Below, piece by piece: positions 25,695-38,429 of a stretch of 64,000 nt of DNA (its first letter is position 1; the number at the start of each line of letters is the position of its first letter). This stretch comes from Daphnia carinata (Eukaryota), in contig NC_081333.1 in the NCBI RefSeq assembly GCF_022539665.2, positions 1,860,001 to 1,924,000 on the forward strand, read 5' to 3'. A program made the position numbers and the translations under genes. Below the pieces are notes generated by a model. That model searched no databases. It had not been told where the DNA came from and saw nothing but the letters and a program-made list of their open reading frames with translations.

Positions 25695-26896
25695 TTACAG
25701 TAATCCTGAATTATTATAAACGGCAATCTCATTGTCTCGAAGAGGATCGTGAGGTGAGGTGATCCATACGTGTCCAGCATCCAAGTAGCGGAAACCTAAA
25801 CTTTCGAAGAATTTGCTACTAACTGAGTTGTCGATCGCAATGTTGACGTATGGAAGATGTCCTGATTGAGCCACACGTTTCGTCAGATACTTGGTCACTA
25901 TACTTGCGTATCCTTTTCTCCGATATTGCTCCAACGTCATGAGGCGGCTCATTCCGTTCGGTGGATGGCACATTATCCAGGCCACAAGTTTATCATTGGA
26001 TTTGAGAAAAATTCCCGCGGAGGGTAAGTGAACGATCTCTTCAGACACGTCTTGCAATGTGGTAAGATGTTTATACGGCCAGGTTTCAAAGACGAGCGGG
26101 GCGTGGCATTGTTCCAGACTTTTGACATAGACGTCATCAGGTAAACTGACACCGTTCAAACAGAAATTCTGTTACCGTCTTTGTGTTCCTCATGTATGGA
26201 AGTAATATGCATACATACTTGATTTCCATATCGAGGGCCAAAGATATGTCTATTGCGTAGCGATCCAATAACGGGAATGGCACTTTTATTCGTTGGCGTT
26301 CGCTGAAGAACCTGAGAAAGTCCGGATGAGGATGGTGGGCTCGGTTGTAAGCTAAAACGATATCAGATTTCCAATCGATCCTATCGATAGTCTGATAAAC
26401 TCTAAGCAAAGCAGTTTCGCTTATGCTCCAACCTCCTAAAATCCATACTTTCTTGTATATGAAATAAAGATTCAAAGTTAGCCATTTACGTTCAACATTT
26501 TGATTGCGTTTGCATTATTCAATTCTACGTAGGGACAAAATAGGGAATGAAGTGTTTAAACTACCTGAGTTTGATTATAAGAATCAAGTCTGTGCTCGCC
26601 CTTGACTCCAACAATGGCTGCATAATCATCTTTCTTCAGTCGGCTCGGATTCCGCAGGAAGTAAATCCCGTATGACGCTTTCGATTTTAATAATGCCGAA
26701 AGTACAAGCGAATGCGTCTGAAACAATGGAATGTTTAAACTTTTTAGTTTTAAACACGCAATTTGAAATATGATACCTCACAAGAAGATGGCAAATGCCT
26801 TTCGAGAAACGATAAAATTTGAAAGAGTTGTGAACGATCTGCTAAACGCACGTCCAACGAGGACACTTTCACAGTCAAATCGCAAAATTTCTCCAT
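25695..26896 (-). CDS. GNAT acyltransferase, glycine-N-acyltransferase-like (FR47-like), copy 1, 4 exons
   Basis: Begins MEKFCDLTVKVSSLDVRLADRSQLFQILSFLERHLP; motifs LPSAGIFLK, LVAWIMCHPPNGMSRLMTLEQYRRKGYA (acyl-CoA motif A), FFESLGF. Confidence 0.85.
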
Positions 26897-27502
26897 GGTA
26901 CTATAACAAACGTACACTGGAAAGTCCTACACCGCACTCGAGTGACGACTAAATTGAACTTGATATAGCAACCGCCGTATACTTGAACGATCCCGAGTTT
27001 CGTGAAATGCGTATCGCCGTCGACATGTGTGTATCAGATTACAATACTTTTGTTGATATTTCTTTTTTTTCAAGGTTCACGAGTTCCACTCCAATCGCTC
27101 GATATAGAAAAGGATAAATCTCGAATTGTATCATGTTCCAGTAGTTTCAGTGAACCTTGTATCTGTTTTTACTGGGAACTGTGTGTTGTGAAGATGATAT
27201 GGTGTAGGTCACGCCACTTTGCATACGTGAATCGTTCGTGTACACATGCTACACGACCAGCTATTGCTGACGTAATAATGTGGAACTAAGCTGCAATAAT
27301 TAGAAAACCACAGCAATTATATTAATATTTTTGACCGTGGCATTTTTGCAAATGCAAGCAGTTTCTACTATATATGATACAAATAAACCAAACATATTTC
27401 AGCGATTTTGAAAACAGAGTGTGGCTTTCAGTCAAAATTCGTGCAACGTTGAGAACTGTGTGTCGCTATTGAAGCATTCCAGTTTTCATGGGGTTGAACA
27501 AC

Positions 27503-28377
27503 TTAAATAATGCGGCCACCGAAAATCGGGATACCGGCGGCTGGGAAAATCTGATCGGGAATGCCATCTTCATTAGCATCGACGCTATGGAATTGAAGGT
27601 CTTGTTGCGTGAACTGTTTTCGGACGGGCTGCTGCTGTTGGCGAACGATGACAGCAGGTGAAGTCCTGATGAAAGTCGGTTGCAAGAACTGACCTATCTT
27701 CTGTTGTTGCTGAACCACCTTTACTGGAGAGATGATTGAAATCGGTTGTCCTGGTAGTCTATCAGGCATTCCGTCTTCATCGTCATCGACACTCGAATAC
27801 TGAAAATCTAGCGCTTTCTGTTCGGGCGTGGCAATAGAACGAACGATCGGGATGGGAACCAATGCTCCACTGGGGACAAATCCAAGCGAAGTGCCAGATT
27901 CCTTGCCGGCAATGTATTCTACATAATCAAACATTTTAATTTTCAAATAAGCATAATGAACGTTTTAATGAAACTTACCGAGAACGTGGGATTTGCCGTC
28001 CAAATCGATAAAGCCGTAACGCCCTATATCGGGAATTAAGGGTAAATGTATGACAATGAAAGGTACAATTCAAATTACAGGTAAAATTGAATGCAAGAAC
28101 TAGCCTTTCGTGTAGCCATTGACGTCTTTGGTTTCTACCCGGAACGTTCCATCTCCTCCTTCATACCCGAACGTGTACGATCCATCCTCGTTGAGTTGAT
28201 TAATTTGTTTCAGAATAGGCACGATCTTCTTGGGCTCCCTCTGCAACTCAGCCGGAGCCGCCAATGCGGACGCAATCACCGCCAACGCTAAACACTGTCA
28301 ATATACGTTTTATGTTTCAACTCATTTGAAATGGACTCTTGTACGTTTCCTTGTTTACTTACCAAATATCTCAGCAT
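27503..28377 (-). CDS. Cuticular protein with R&R chitin-binding domain, 4 exons
   Basis: MLRYL|CLALAVIASALA signal peptide. R&R consensus NEDGSYTFGYEGGDGTFRVETKDVNGYTKGRYGFIDLDGKSHVLEYIAG spans three exons; Q-rich tail. TATAAA upstream (~28463-28468, minus strand). Confidence 0.9.
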
Positions 28378-28746
28378 GTTCGCAGCAGTAAAAAGAAAAG
28401 AATAGAGTGAAAGTGAAGAGCTGAATGAAGACTGACCACCATGTAGCGGGACCGGCAGCGCATTTATACCCCCGTCCGCGGCGGTATACGGAAAAAGGGA
28501 CAGGTGGAAGGCCGTAAAAGAGAGGGAGGCTCGATGAGGAACAAAGGAGGGATGATCTCTCATCATCACCTGTTCTTCTCACGCCATCAGCATCAGACCT
28601 GAGTCACGGTCACGAGAGCCATTAACAGTGTAAAATAACGCAATAAGAGATGAGACCTGTCGAAGTGAATGAGGCCGGCCGGGCGAGACGGGAAAAAAAA
28701 GACATACCAGACGTCCCGAAAAACTTTCTCTTTTCCTAGAAAGATG

Positions 28747-28774
28747 TATACATATATATATATATATATACATA
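28747..28774. repeat. (TA)n microsatellite
   Basis: TATACATATATATATATATATATACATA. Confidence 0.8.
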
Positions 28775-31189
28775 GGATATTCTCTATACTAGAATATATT
28801 TGAGAGGGGGAAACAAAAATGCTCCCTCTCAGACGTCAGCTGTTTTTAAAGAATTTGTTCGTTTCCTTTTGGCCCTTCTTTTTTATTTTGATGATCCAGT
28901 TGAACTGCTAAAGAAAAAGGAGACCAACCCTATCGGCCGGGATTATTACATGGCCGAACGAGCGAGAAGAAAAAAAAAAAAAAGAAAGGGAGAGCCTCAT
29001 TTGAATTTTACACATTGACGCGAAGATGTAGATAAGGAAGGAAGGGTATTAAGTTTCCTTTCGAATTCGTTGGCGCTCGAAATGGTGATGGAATTGTTTT
29101 ACTAAGCTTGCTTACAGTTTTATATGTTTAACTAAAAAACATAACAAGCAAAGTGCTGTGGAGTGAAAGGGGTGGCATAACCATCCAGGCTTAGTTACAT
29201 TTCCCTTAAAAGGCATCGCGTCATCAAAAAACAAAGGCAAAAACAGGGTGTTTTCCAGGTGTTTTGATTTCATGTGCCATCGTTTGATTCTCTTTTCAAC
29301 TGCATACAAACTAAATATTTCTTGTACGTGTTAATTTGCATTAAGGATCTGTTAGGTTAAATGTGGGGCCGCAATGTTTAGTGAAAGTGGATCAGCTAGA
29401 CTGAAAATCTTGATTGTTGAAGATTCACTATAGCCAAGGCATTTGAACAATCAAGCCTGTGGGCGTCTCCTTTAAACTCGTTTCATTTTACGAGAAAGAA
29501 TTGAAACCCTGGAAACGAAATGGCGTTTGTTAAGCTCTAGAGACAAAAATCTACACCTGGCCCATTTAACTCCGAAATGCTTGGGCGCAGTGTGCGAAAT
29601 CTGTTGCCATTTCAGGAGGGTCTCCATTCGTGTCATCAATTTTTCAAATGTCCTTCTCCCCTCTGTGTTTTATCTCCGCCATGGAAGGTGACAAAGCCTG
29701 CGCTTTCTCATCGGCAACAGTATTGGCCGAAACCAACACATCAGCGAGTTTCAGTTTGCATCAACAAAGCGATAAAGTGCCAGTAGAGCTGGACAATCGT
29801 CCGCTGTTGTCCCAGTCAGCGCGTCATTGGAGCGCTGCCTTTCAAGCGAATCGAGGCCAACCGATAAGAAAGGAAGAGGAGAAGGCTCTCAATTTTGCTG
29901 TTTTTTTTTATTCGAAAAATTGTTTGGCATTCTTGAATAAAAGAGTGATTTGTCTAATCATCTGCATCAGATGACGGTATATAGCCAGCGCCAAAGAAGA
30001 AATCTAAAAGCTGGATTATTCATTTCTGGCATATCTCATTTCGAGTTTCAGATACGATTCCGCTGTTTATCCGTTCGTTATGCATAATTCAAATATTTCC
30101 TTCTTATGTGTCTTAAGGTAAATTTTATATAGTAAAGACTGTTCATCGTGCTGGAAGAGCGCTGGTTTAGTGTTACTCAACTACCCGCTTATCGGGAATT
30201 CGAATCGTTAGCGGGGAATATAAAGGCAATAAAAAAAAAACAAAGACATTATGGTGCTTCTTCTGAAGCTATCTAAAGCAAATCGTTAAAGTTGGTCTGA
30301 CTTTTTTTGCAGCGATTTATGAGCTCGGCAATGCGCCAGTTGACTTGTTTTGTTTTTTTTGGCACGGAGAAAAGCGAAATGGAATTCTTCGAACGTCAGA
30401 GGTTGCCAACTGAAATTCCTGATGTCAACTTGCCTTTTTCTTTACTGATCTTAAAAAAGGCATAGATGAAAGAAGCGAGCAAGGTATATAATAATTTGTC
30501 ATCCTTAACTGTGATATTCATCATTCCAATACGAGTGAAAGCGAGAGCATCACATCTTTCTGAGCTGCTATCCATCTGCACGTAGATTCATAGAATCTTA
30601 AAAAAAACTATGACTTTGGTATGGTTGTCATTGTTTTTGTTTGAATATGGAATCAAGCGCATTCCTGTAGTCTATCCATAGAAAAAGGTTTCACATTAAA
30701 CGTTTTAAATGGCAAAAAAATTGGGGTGCAACGAAGATGATGCGAAAGCCATTCATTCATCCCAATTAAAAATTTATGGTATCATTTAAAAATAGTAGAT
30801 TAATTTTGGGTGAATTCCTGCTCGATCATTACTCGCATTCATTATATTGTAGTCGCCATAGGATACAAAAAACATTGGAAAGTCTTACGAAACGTTTACC
30901 ACAGTAGTATACGCTTTTATTGAACTCTGCTACGATCTTGTTGCTTTTTTTTTAAGCTTCAACGCTTTGGAACAAAGAATCGGTCAATGCACTGAAATTT
31001 ATTGTTCCTCCCACAATAAGTAGGTCAGCTGGGGGCCTAGGTCTTCGTCGGCCTGTTGAGATTTACGCCCTTCAGTTGCCACTTGTTTGCCTGAACTACT
31101 AGAAGCAATAAATACAGCTTCTATCGTTCTCTTGTTATCTACGACAGTTTTCACAGGTGGTACATTCCCATCGTTTAAGGTTGGGTAAA

Positions 31190-32264
31190 ATGGAACATCA
31201 ACCACATCGCACGCAAGCGGACAGGATGCAGTTGGCCACTAGAAATTGCTTGTTCCGTTTGTTGTCTTTTCTTGACGGCAAGCTGCCACAATACTGTGCC
31301 GTATGTATTCATCATTCTTAATTAATATACCTTACCCCCAGTACACCTATTTGTCCTATTATTCAGATTCACTCCTTCGTTGGGGCGGCCCTCTCCACAA
31401 CTAATCCATCGTATCGTGTCTATTATCGAAAAGAATGTCTTACAAACACTTTGCTACCTAAGGAAGATAATTACTCCCTTATTCTAGGAGTTGGCCTGGA
31501 ACTTTTGCAGAAATCTGGTCAAGAAGTTAAGGTAAAAATGCACAATCATATCGTGACGTTTCAAATTATCTTATACGATGACACTGATATACTTGATTTC
31601 TTAATTGATTGCGTGACTTTAGATATGGTTCTTGACAGCCTGGACTGATGATGATGATGGGAAATTAGAAGACGCCTACGAGGACATCAGTGAAATCGAC
31701 TGGAATTCAGACCTTGTTGTCGGCCACTATAAACATCACACACCTCATCCATCCATTACTAATTTCCTTACTAATAAACAAATCAAAGGACATTGCTATC
31801 CATGTTATCAGTATTCCATACCTGTGATGGATGCCTTGAACTTTGATTGCAGCGAATTAAACGATGTCTACGTTAAGAGCCTGGAACGTCGTCACGCTCA
31901 ATTGGTTTATGATCATTGGCCCTACAAGGAAAGCACTGTAGTTGACAATGTCGCCATTGAAATTGAACAACTGCCTTCTGCCGGTGTGTTTCTGAAAGAG
32001 AATAATGAACTGGTGTCGTGGATAATGTGTCATCCGCCCAATGGAATGAGCCGGCTCCACACTCTGGAAGAGCACCGTCGTCGGGGATATGCAGCTCTGG
32101 CCGTCCAATATCTTTCGAAACGAGTGGCTCAATCTGGTTATGTTCCATTTGTCAACATGGACATTGCAAATGTTGTCTCAAAGCAGTTCTTTGAGAGCAT
32201 GAAATTCACCCTCCTTCGTCCTATCCATATAGGAATTGCGGATGGGGTTGGAATACTATCGTGA
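31190..32264 (+). CDS. GNAT acyltransferase, glycine-N-acyltransferase-like, copy 2, 3 exons
   Basis: Begins MEHQPHRTQADRMQLATRNCLFRLLSFLDGKLP; motifs LPSAGVFLK and MSRLHTLEEHRRRGYA. Confidence 0.88.
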
Positions 32265-32770
32265 ATTCCCGTTTCTTATGGTTACTCTGTTCATTCCGTG
32301 AATACTCAATACACCATAGTTTTGAATCAAAGGAAGCGTAATCCCTATTTTTCTGGCGTTTAAATGTCTACGTTAATTTTGTATTCCTGTCACGTACGCA
32401 TTGGCAGGAAGGAAAAGCGTTGCAATATGATGGGAATGCATTGTAGGTCAGTATGTACGCCCTTTAAAGAATATAGCTACAAACAAATTCTTAAAAAATC
32501 CCGCACAACGCCCCCTTTTTTTACCGGAATTCTTTTTCGTTACGATCTAGAGGTTGAGTAAAGATAGAAACATCGACAGTGAGCAGTTCAGTTTCTTTAT
32601 TTTCAAAGGAACGAAGCAGTAATTTTGAAATGGTTTCTCAAAGCTTTAGTTATCTCCGATAAGATAAAAGAACTAGAGCGAGCACAGCGGCTTGCAGTGT
32701 GCTACTCTCAATCATTTCAATTTCTTGTGGACTGCGGGAAAGGTCATAGAGTTTGTTTCATCAATAAGGA

Positions 32771-33888
32771 ATGGAGCAGCAGAACGGAAAAGGCAACAGC
32801 ATTTTAACGTTAGCAACGAGGCAGTGCTTGTTTCGTTTATTGTCTTTTCTTGACAAACGATTGCCCGAATACTGTGGTGTAAATCTGTTTGAAATTAAAT
32901 ATTCAATTACGCTCTATTTATTGATTTATGTTATGTTTTATCTAGATTCATTCGTTTGTGTGTGCGGCGCTCGTTTCATCGGATCCATCGTATTTTGTTT
33001 ATTTCCGCAAAAAACAGCCATCGACTACATCAGCAGAAGATAATGATTACTCACTCATCGTTACTGCTCGCGCCGAAACTTGCACCGAGCCTAAACGTCA
33101 AATTAGTATGGTAAAACGTTAAAACACTTTCGTTTGGGGTCCTATAACTTTCAGCAGCTCATTAATACTATTTGATACATTTTTTTAAAGAAATGCTGGA
33201 CTTTGACTGCATGGGCTGATGATGACGACATGTTAGCTGAAGCTTATGAAGCTGTTGATGTAATAGACTGGAAAGCGGATGCAGCTATCATACACAGTAA
33301 ACATCACACGCCACATCCGCTGATCACGAATTTTTTTGCTAGCAAACACGGATCGGAAAATGAAAACAGGGCTTGCTACCCAGCCGATCAATATTTTATA
33401 CCCCTACAGGTTGCTTTAAATCTCCAAATCAGGTATATATTATTATTGAACGAAATATAGCAGTTCCGTAACAAAAGCCATTGATTTTAAGTGAAATGAA
33501 TGGCGTTTACGTTAAAAGTCTGGAACCTTGTCACGCACAATTAGTTTATGATCACTGGGGCTACAACGCACACACAAGGGTGGAATATATTCGCCAAGAA
33601 ATTGAACTACTACCGTCTGCTGGTGTCTTTTTGAAGGAAAACGACGAGCTTGTGTCGTGGATGACGTGCCATCCACCCAACGGAATGAGCCGACTCCACA
33701 CGTTGGAGGAACATCGCCGACGAGGATACGCATCACTGGTGACACAATACCTAAGCAAACGAGTAGCGCAGTCTGCAGTTGTTCCATGTGTCAACATAGT
33801 CCTCGGTAACACTGCCTCGTTCAAGTTCTTCGACAGCATGGGATTCAAACATCTCCGTTCTATCAATATCAATTATAGTTTGGCGTAG
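32771..33888 (+). CDS. GNAT acyltransferase, glycine-N-acyltransferase-like, copy 3, 4 exons
   Basis: Begins MEQQNGKGNSILTLATRQCLFRLLSFLDKRLP; same C-terminal motifs; intron 33433-33491. Confidence 0.88.
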
Positions 33889-34212
33889 TATTGTATCATC
33901 ACATTCGAATTAAACGTTTTAGTCTCGTCCTTTCGAACGAAAACCATTTCTTCCATTGGATAATCGTGCGGCTGGACAAGTTTAGAATTTTAGTGTAAGA
34001 GTCTTGATGAAGATTGTTATCTTGAAAAAAAGATACTGGAGTATTGTTATGCGTATTGTTTACCGCGCTTACATCATTGCATTTGATAAGTTAACGAGTT
34101 CACAGTTCAATTGAGGGTTTATTTTGTACGACACAGTTGTAGAACTTTTTGTTCCAGTGTCTAAATTCTGTAAAATAGTTTCAATAAATTCAATTTTATA
34201 AATATTCACAGA

Positions 34213-34478
34213 CTGGTTAACAATCACTGGCCCTATAAGGGAGCCACTACGTTAGAGAATGTTGTCAACGGACGAATTATACTTTCATGTGGCGTGTTCT
34301 TGAAACAAAAATAATAAAACTAGTTTCATGGATGATGTACCACCTGCCTAATGGGATGAGTAAGTTCCACACGTTAAAAGAACACCACAGGAAAGGATGC
34401 GCGGCCTTGGTAACGCAGTACCTTTCGATACGAGTAGTCCAATCTGGTTTTTATTCCCTTTTTCAACATCCAACCTGA
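34213..34478 (+). pseudogene. GNAT pseudogene fragment (part of last exon only)
   Basis: LVNNHWPYK...GVFLK then a frameshift into LVSWMMYHLPNGMSKFHTLKEHHRKGCA. No upstream exons; truncated at the 3' end. Confidence 0.8.
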
Positions 34479-35014
34479 ACATGTTGCATGATATGCACGT
34501 TTTTTTTTTCACTTTTGAAAGTGGGAATCCAGTTGTTGTGTTACTGCTACTTTAACTATCCTAGTTAATAACCCTATTTTTCAACTTGATGTTTCCAATC
34601 ATCAAACACAAGGTCGCCCAACATGCCTTAAACAGGTACCCACCAGGTTACGTGTTCAGGTGTACGTGACATTTATTTTAGAGTAGTAGAAACGAACATG
34701 ATGTAAACGATGGTGCATCTCTTAATGCATAAATACGGAACTAGTTATTTTAAAAAGAAATGTTATTCTATAGCCTATATTAAATATATTTATACGTGCT
34801 GCATAGCATCGGCCGTTACACCCTCCTTATCGTTCAGAGGTCCAAGGTTAGCTTCGACTTTTCCTCTAAAATGTGTCTGGACAGAGACCTTCACGTAGCC
34901 TTCACTTAATCACCTTGTTTGGAACCATTGTTTATACCCTCTCTCGTTGTTTGCAGTCATTTGATTTCGGTTGCTAGAATGGAGACAAATTCTGGTTTTT
35001 TATCTAGCAGGAAA

Positions 35015-35616
35015 ATGGAGCTGCAAGCGCATCCAACACAAGGTGACCGAGTGTTGACAAAAGCAACAAGAAAATGCTTGTTTCGTTTGTTATTTATTCT
35101 TGACGGCCGCCTTCCCGAACGTTGCACTGTAAATGTTATGCTTTCAATTGTTTTGTGATAATTATTCGTTTGCAATTCAGATCCAACCAATGATCATTGC
35201 TGCCCTGTGGACTGCTTACTCAATATATACGTCTGTTGTATTCAAAAACATGCGTCGATTGTGATAGAAAATGCAGACCATTGTCTTATCTAAGATGGAA
35301 CACTGCAGTAACTCCAATCATCTGATTAAGGTAAAATAAATTTCGTGTTGTTTAAGATTGAAAAAGCAGGATGTCAGTTTGGTTTTCGTAAAAATGTTGG
35401 CTTTTGGCCGCACGAACTGACGATGACGATAGTCCCATGAAATCTTGCGAAGCTATTGATGTAATAGATTGCAAAAGGGATGCTGTCGTCATGCAGTCTA
35501 AGCTACACGCTCCACCACGAGCAATCAAAATTTTTCTGATCTTAAAACAAGAGTCAAATAATGTACCCATTTCCGTACTCGATCAATACGTTTTGCCTGT
35601 TAAAGATGCATTTTAA
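35015..35616 (+). pseudogene. GNAT pseudogene (first three exons only)
   Basis: MELQAHPTQGDRVLTKATRKCLFRLLFILDGRLP exon 1; in-frame stop in exon 2; exon 3 ends in TAA; no catalytic last exon follows. Confidence 0.75.
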
Positions 35617-36410
35617 AAAAAAATTAGAAAGGAGGGGTTGCGCGGACAACTTTTAATGACAAGCCCGGACGGGGACTGTAAGGATGCAAATGCAAAGGTG
35701 AAGAAAACAGTTTTTTTGACGCATTTCTCGGCAACCAGCTCAGCCAAAAACACCTGTGTGTATGACGTAATATCCGTATGGTATAATAAAACCGCCCCTG
35801 TTCCAGTTGGCTGCGTCGTCTATAACGTTGTATGGCGCCGACTCGTCAAAGCTGCATAAACAAATGATAAAAAATCTTTAACAACACAGTTATGTCACTG
35901 ATATAAGATAGTACGCAAATTTTTTTGGCTAGTAGTTAAACCATAAAGCACAAAGCCTCAATAAAATGCAAATAAACGGTCTTCAACAATCCTTTTAGCG
36001 TAGAACGGACTCGTGCGTGACTCTATTTTGACGCTCGTAATGGCCGAATGACCTTCGTTATTATCTACTTCGTTGGCGAAAACACAGTGAGATGAGTCGG
36101 TAGTAAACTCAGTTGGAAATAACCATCAAAAGGACTTGTCATGAGAATACCAAGAAGAGTTATAATGTTTAGACGGCAGTTGTATTCTGGCGAGCCATTG
36201 TAAAATAAATTATATCATTTGGATTAGATAAACGGCTATGAAAAACAGAAAACCCAAAAAATATTCGATCGTTTGGTAACGGATTACATTATTATTAGCC
36301 CAAGTAATATTAACTATTGCCTTATCTTGAAGTCATTGTTGGGAGGCATCGGCTCCACCTACGAACACGAGACATCTCTATAAATATTTCTTATGTTCCT
36401 GAATTTATCA

Positions 36411-36496
36411 GCCTCTTTAGCTCAGCGGTAGAGCGCTGGTCTTGTATGATATATACAGACAACCAGCGGTCGAGAGTTCAATCCTCTCAGGAGGCA
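36411..36496 (+). tRNA. tRNA-Thr(TGT) with 14-nt intron (36447-36460)
   Basis: GCCTCTT/AGGAGGC-A acceptor; TAGCTCAGCGGTAGAGC D arm; CTGGT-CT TGT A-[TGATATATACAGAC]-A-ACCAG anticodon arm; GAGAG-TTCAATC-CTCTC T arm; T-run terminator follows. Confidence 0.9.
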
Positions 36497-37153
36497 TATT
36501 TTTATTTTTCTCTTTCACAATTGCAATAATTTACTTGCGGAAAAGATTACTCGAGTTAATGTAGAACGCACCATTCCTTATTCAGAGCTTTCTCTTAATT
36601 TATTGTTAAGTTGTTATCTATAAATGCGTACGTAGCTCTACCTGGTTGAGTTACGCGAAGAAATTCAGGTTTACTGAGCTAGCAAAAGGTGGCATTGCAC
36701 CGATGCGCGGCAATTTCAAAACTTTGATTTTCTTGAAACCATAACTCGTTTGGTTTCTTATCTTCTTATCTTTTCTCTTTCGATGCTATAGCACGGCCCC
36801 TCAAGGGTATCTGAATGTTGCTCGCTTTCACAACTTGTTTCGTTATTACGTGCGTTTAGTGTGCTGAAAGAAAATAGTCTCGACCTCATTTTTCGTATGC
36901 GGTGGCAACAACGAAACAACAATAGCTCAGGTACTGTAACACAGAGTGTAAATCTGTGCGTGCCAGGTAGTTCACGGCAAACTTTCTTTTCGAGCAGAGT
37001 TAAACACGTCCAGCAGGTATAGTTCTGCTTAAACTATAGTCAATCCCTTTTATCAGAGCCGCTGATTCATCAAATCAAAATATTTTCGAAAATCGTTTTT
37101 CTTCCCATATAGAATCCGATTCAAGCCTAGGAAACGATCGTAGTTTCAACATC

Positions 37154-38256
37154 ATGCCGGAGTCTGTAACGTTAGCTTCGCGATCAGATCTGTTACATCT
37201 TCTCCCATTTTTGGATTCTCGACTTTCAGAACATTCTGAGGTATTTCATCATGGCAAGGTAAATTTCGTTTTTACACCTCGATGAACTTTCGATTCTCGA
37301 TACTTCACAGATTCAAATGATCGTTTTTGGTGCATTACGAGCATCAACTTCCGCCTATCTGGTGTACCTCCTACGTGAATCTACTTCTGATGAATCGTAT
37401 ACCGCGATTGTAGCCATAAAGCGGGAAAATATGAAAAGCGAAAGAACTCAAAAGAATGAGGTGAGTCCTGGTAAACGAATTACATAATCAACACAATCTG
37501 TTTCATGTTTTACTTTCACGTACAAGACAATTTGGATCGTCTCTGGATGGAGTATTAATGAAAGTGCCTTACTTCGTCTGTACTCAGCTATTGATGTGAT
37601 CAACTGGGACAGTGATGTCGTTTTCGCATTCAACAAATACTACAAGCCTCATGATGATATTCTTAAGTACTTCCAGGATCGTGATCGACTAACAGGATAT
37701 CGTTTATTCTCTGCTGGACGCTATATTCTTGACATTGAAGTGGCTTTGAAATTGCAGATAAGGTTCAAAGTGAATGTTTTGAATTTTTGAAGTATTTTTG
37801 CATCCTTATATGACCTGTCTCATTTTGCAATGTTTCAGCATACCAGATGAGGTTTACGTGAAAAGTGTGGAACGTCATCACGCCCAGTTGATATACGACC
37901 ATTGGACAGCCTTTAAAGACACGACGACTGTGGAAGATGTTGCCGACGAAATCGACCACTTCCCTTCAGCTGGAGTTTTCTTGAAAGATAACGATCAACT
38001 CGTTTCGTGGATGATGGGCCATGCACCTATGGGCATGAGTCGTCTATTCACTATGGATGATCATCGTCGTAAAGGATACGCTAAACTGGCAACGCAATAC
38101 ATGTCAAAGAGAATGGCTCAGGCTGGATATGTGCCATTCATCAACATCGTCGTTGGCAATACGGCATCCACCGAGTTTTTCTTAGGTTTGGGTTTTCGAT
38201 TTGTCTGTCCTATTCATGCAATTTTAACTAAACCACCTGGAATGGTGAATGGTTAA
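37154..38256 (+). CDS. GNAT acyltransferase, glycine-N-acyltransferase-like, fourth intact copy, 4 exons
   Basis: Begins MPESVTLASRSDLLHLLPFLDSRLSEHSE; motifs FPSAGVFLK and MSRLFTMDDHRRKGYA; intron 37763-37838. Confidence 0.88.
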
Positions 38257-38429
38257 AAACGCCGATGAATTATTTTCTAGAAATTTCTTGTCTTTTAAAA
38301 TACATTCCTGAGGTGATTTAAAGTGCCCATCTATTTTCGTATGCATAACTTCGATTCAAAATTTAAAAACCATCAATAAAGTTTGGTACGTGCTAGTCTG
38401 CAGTGCTATATGGCGATATAGCACATTTT

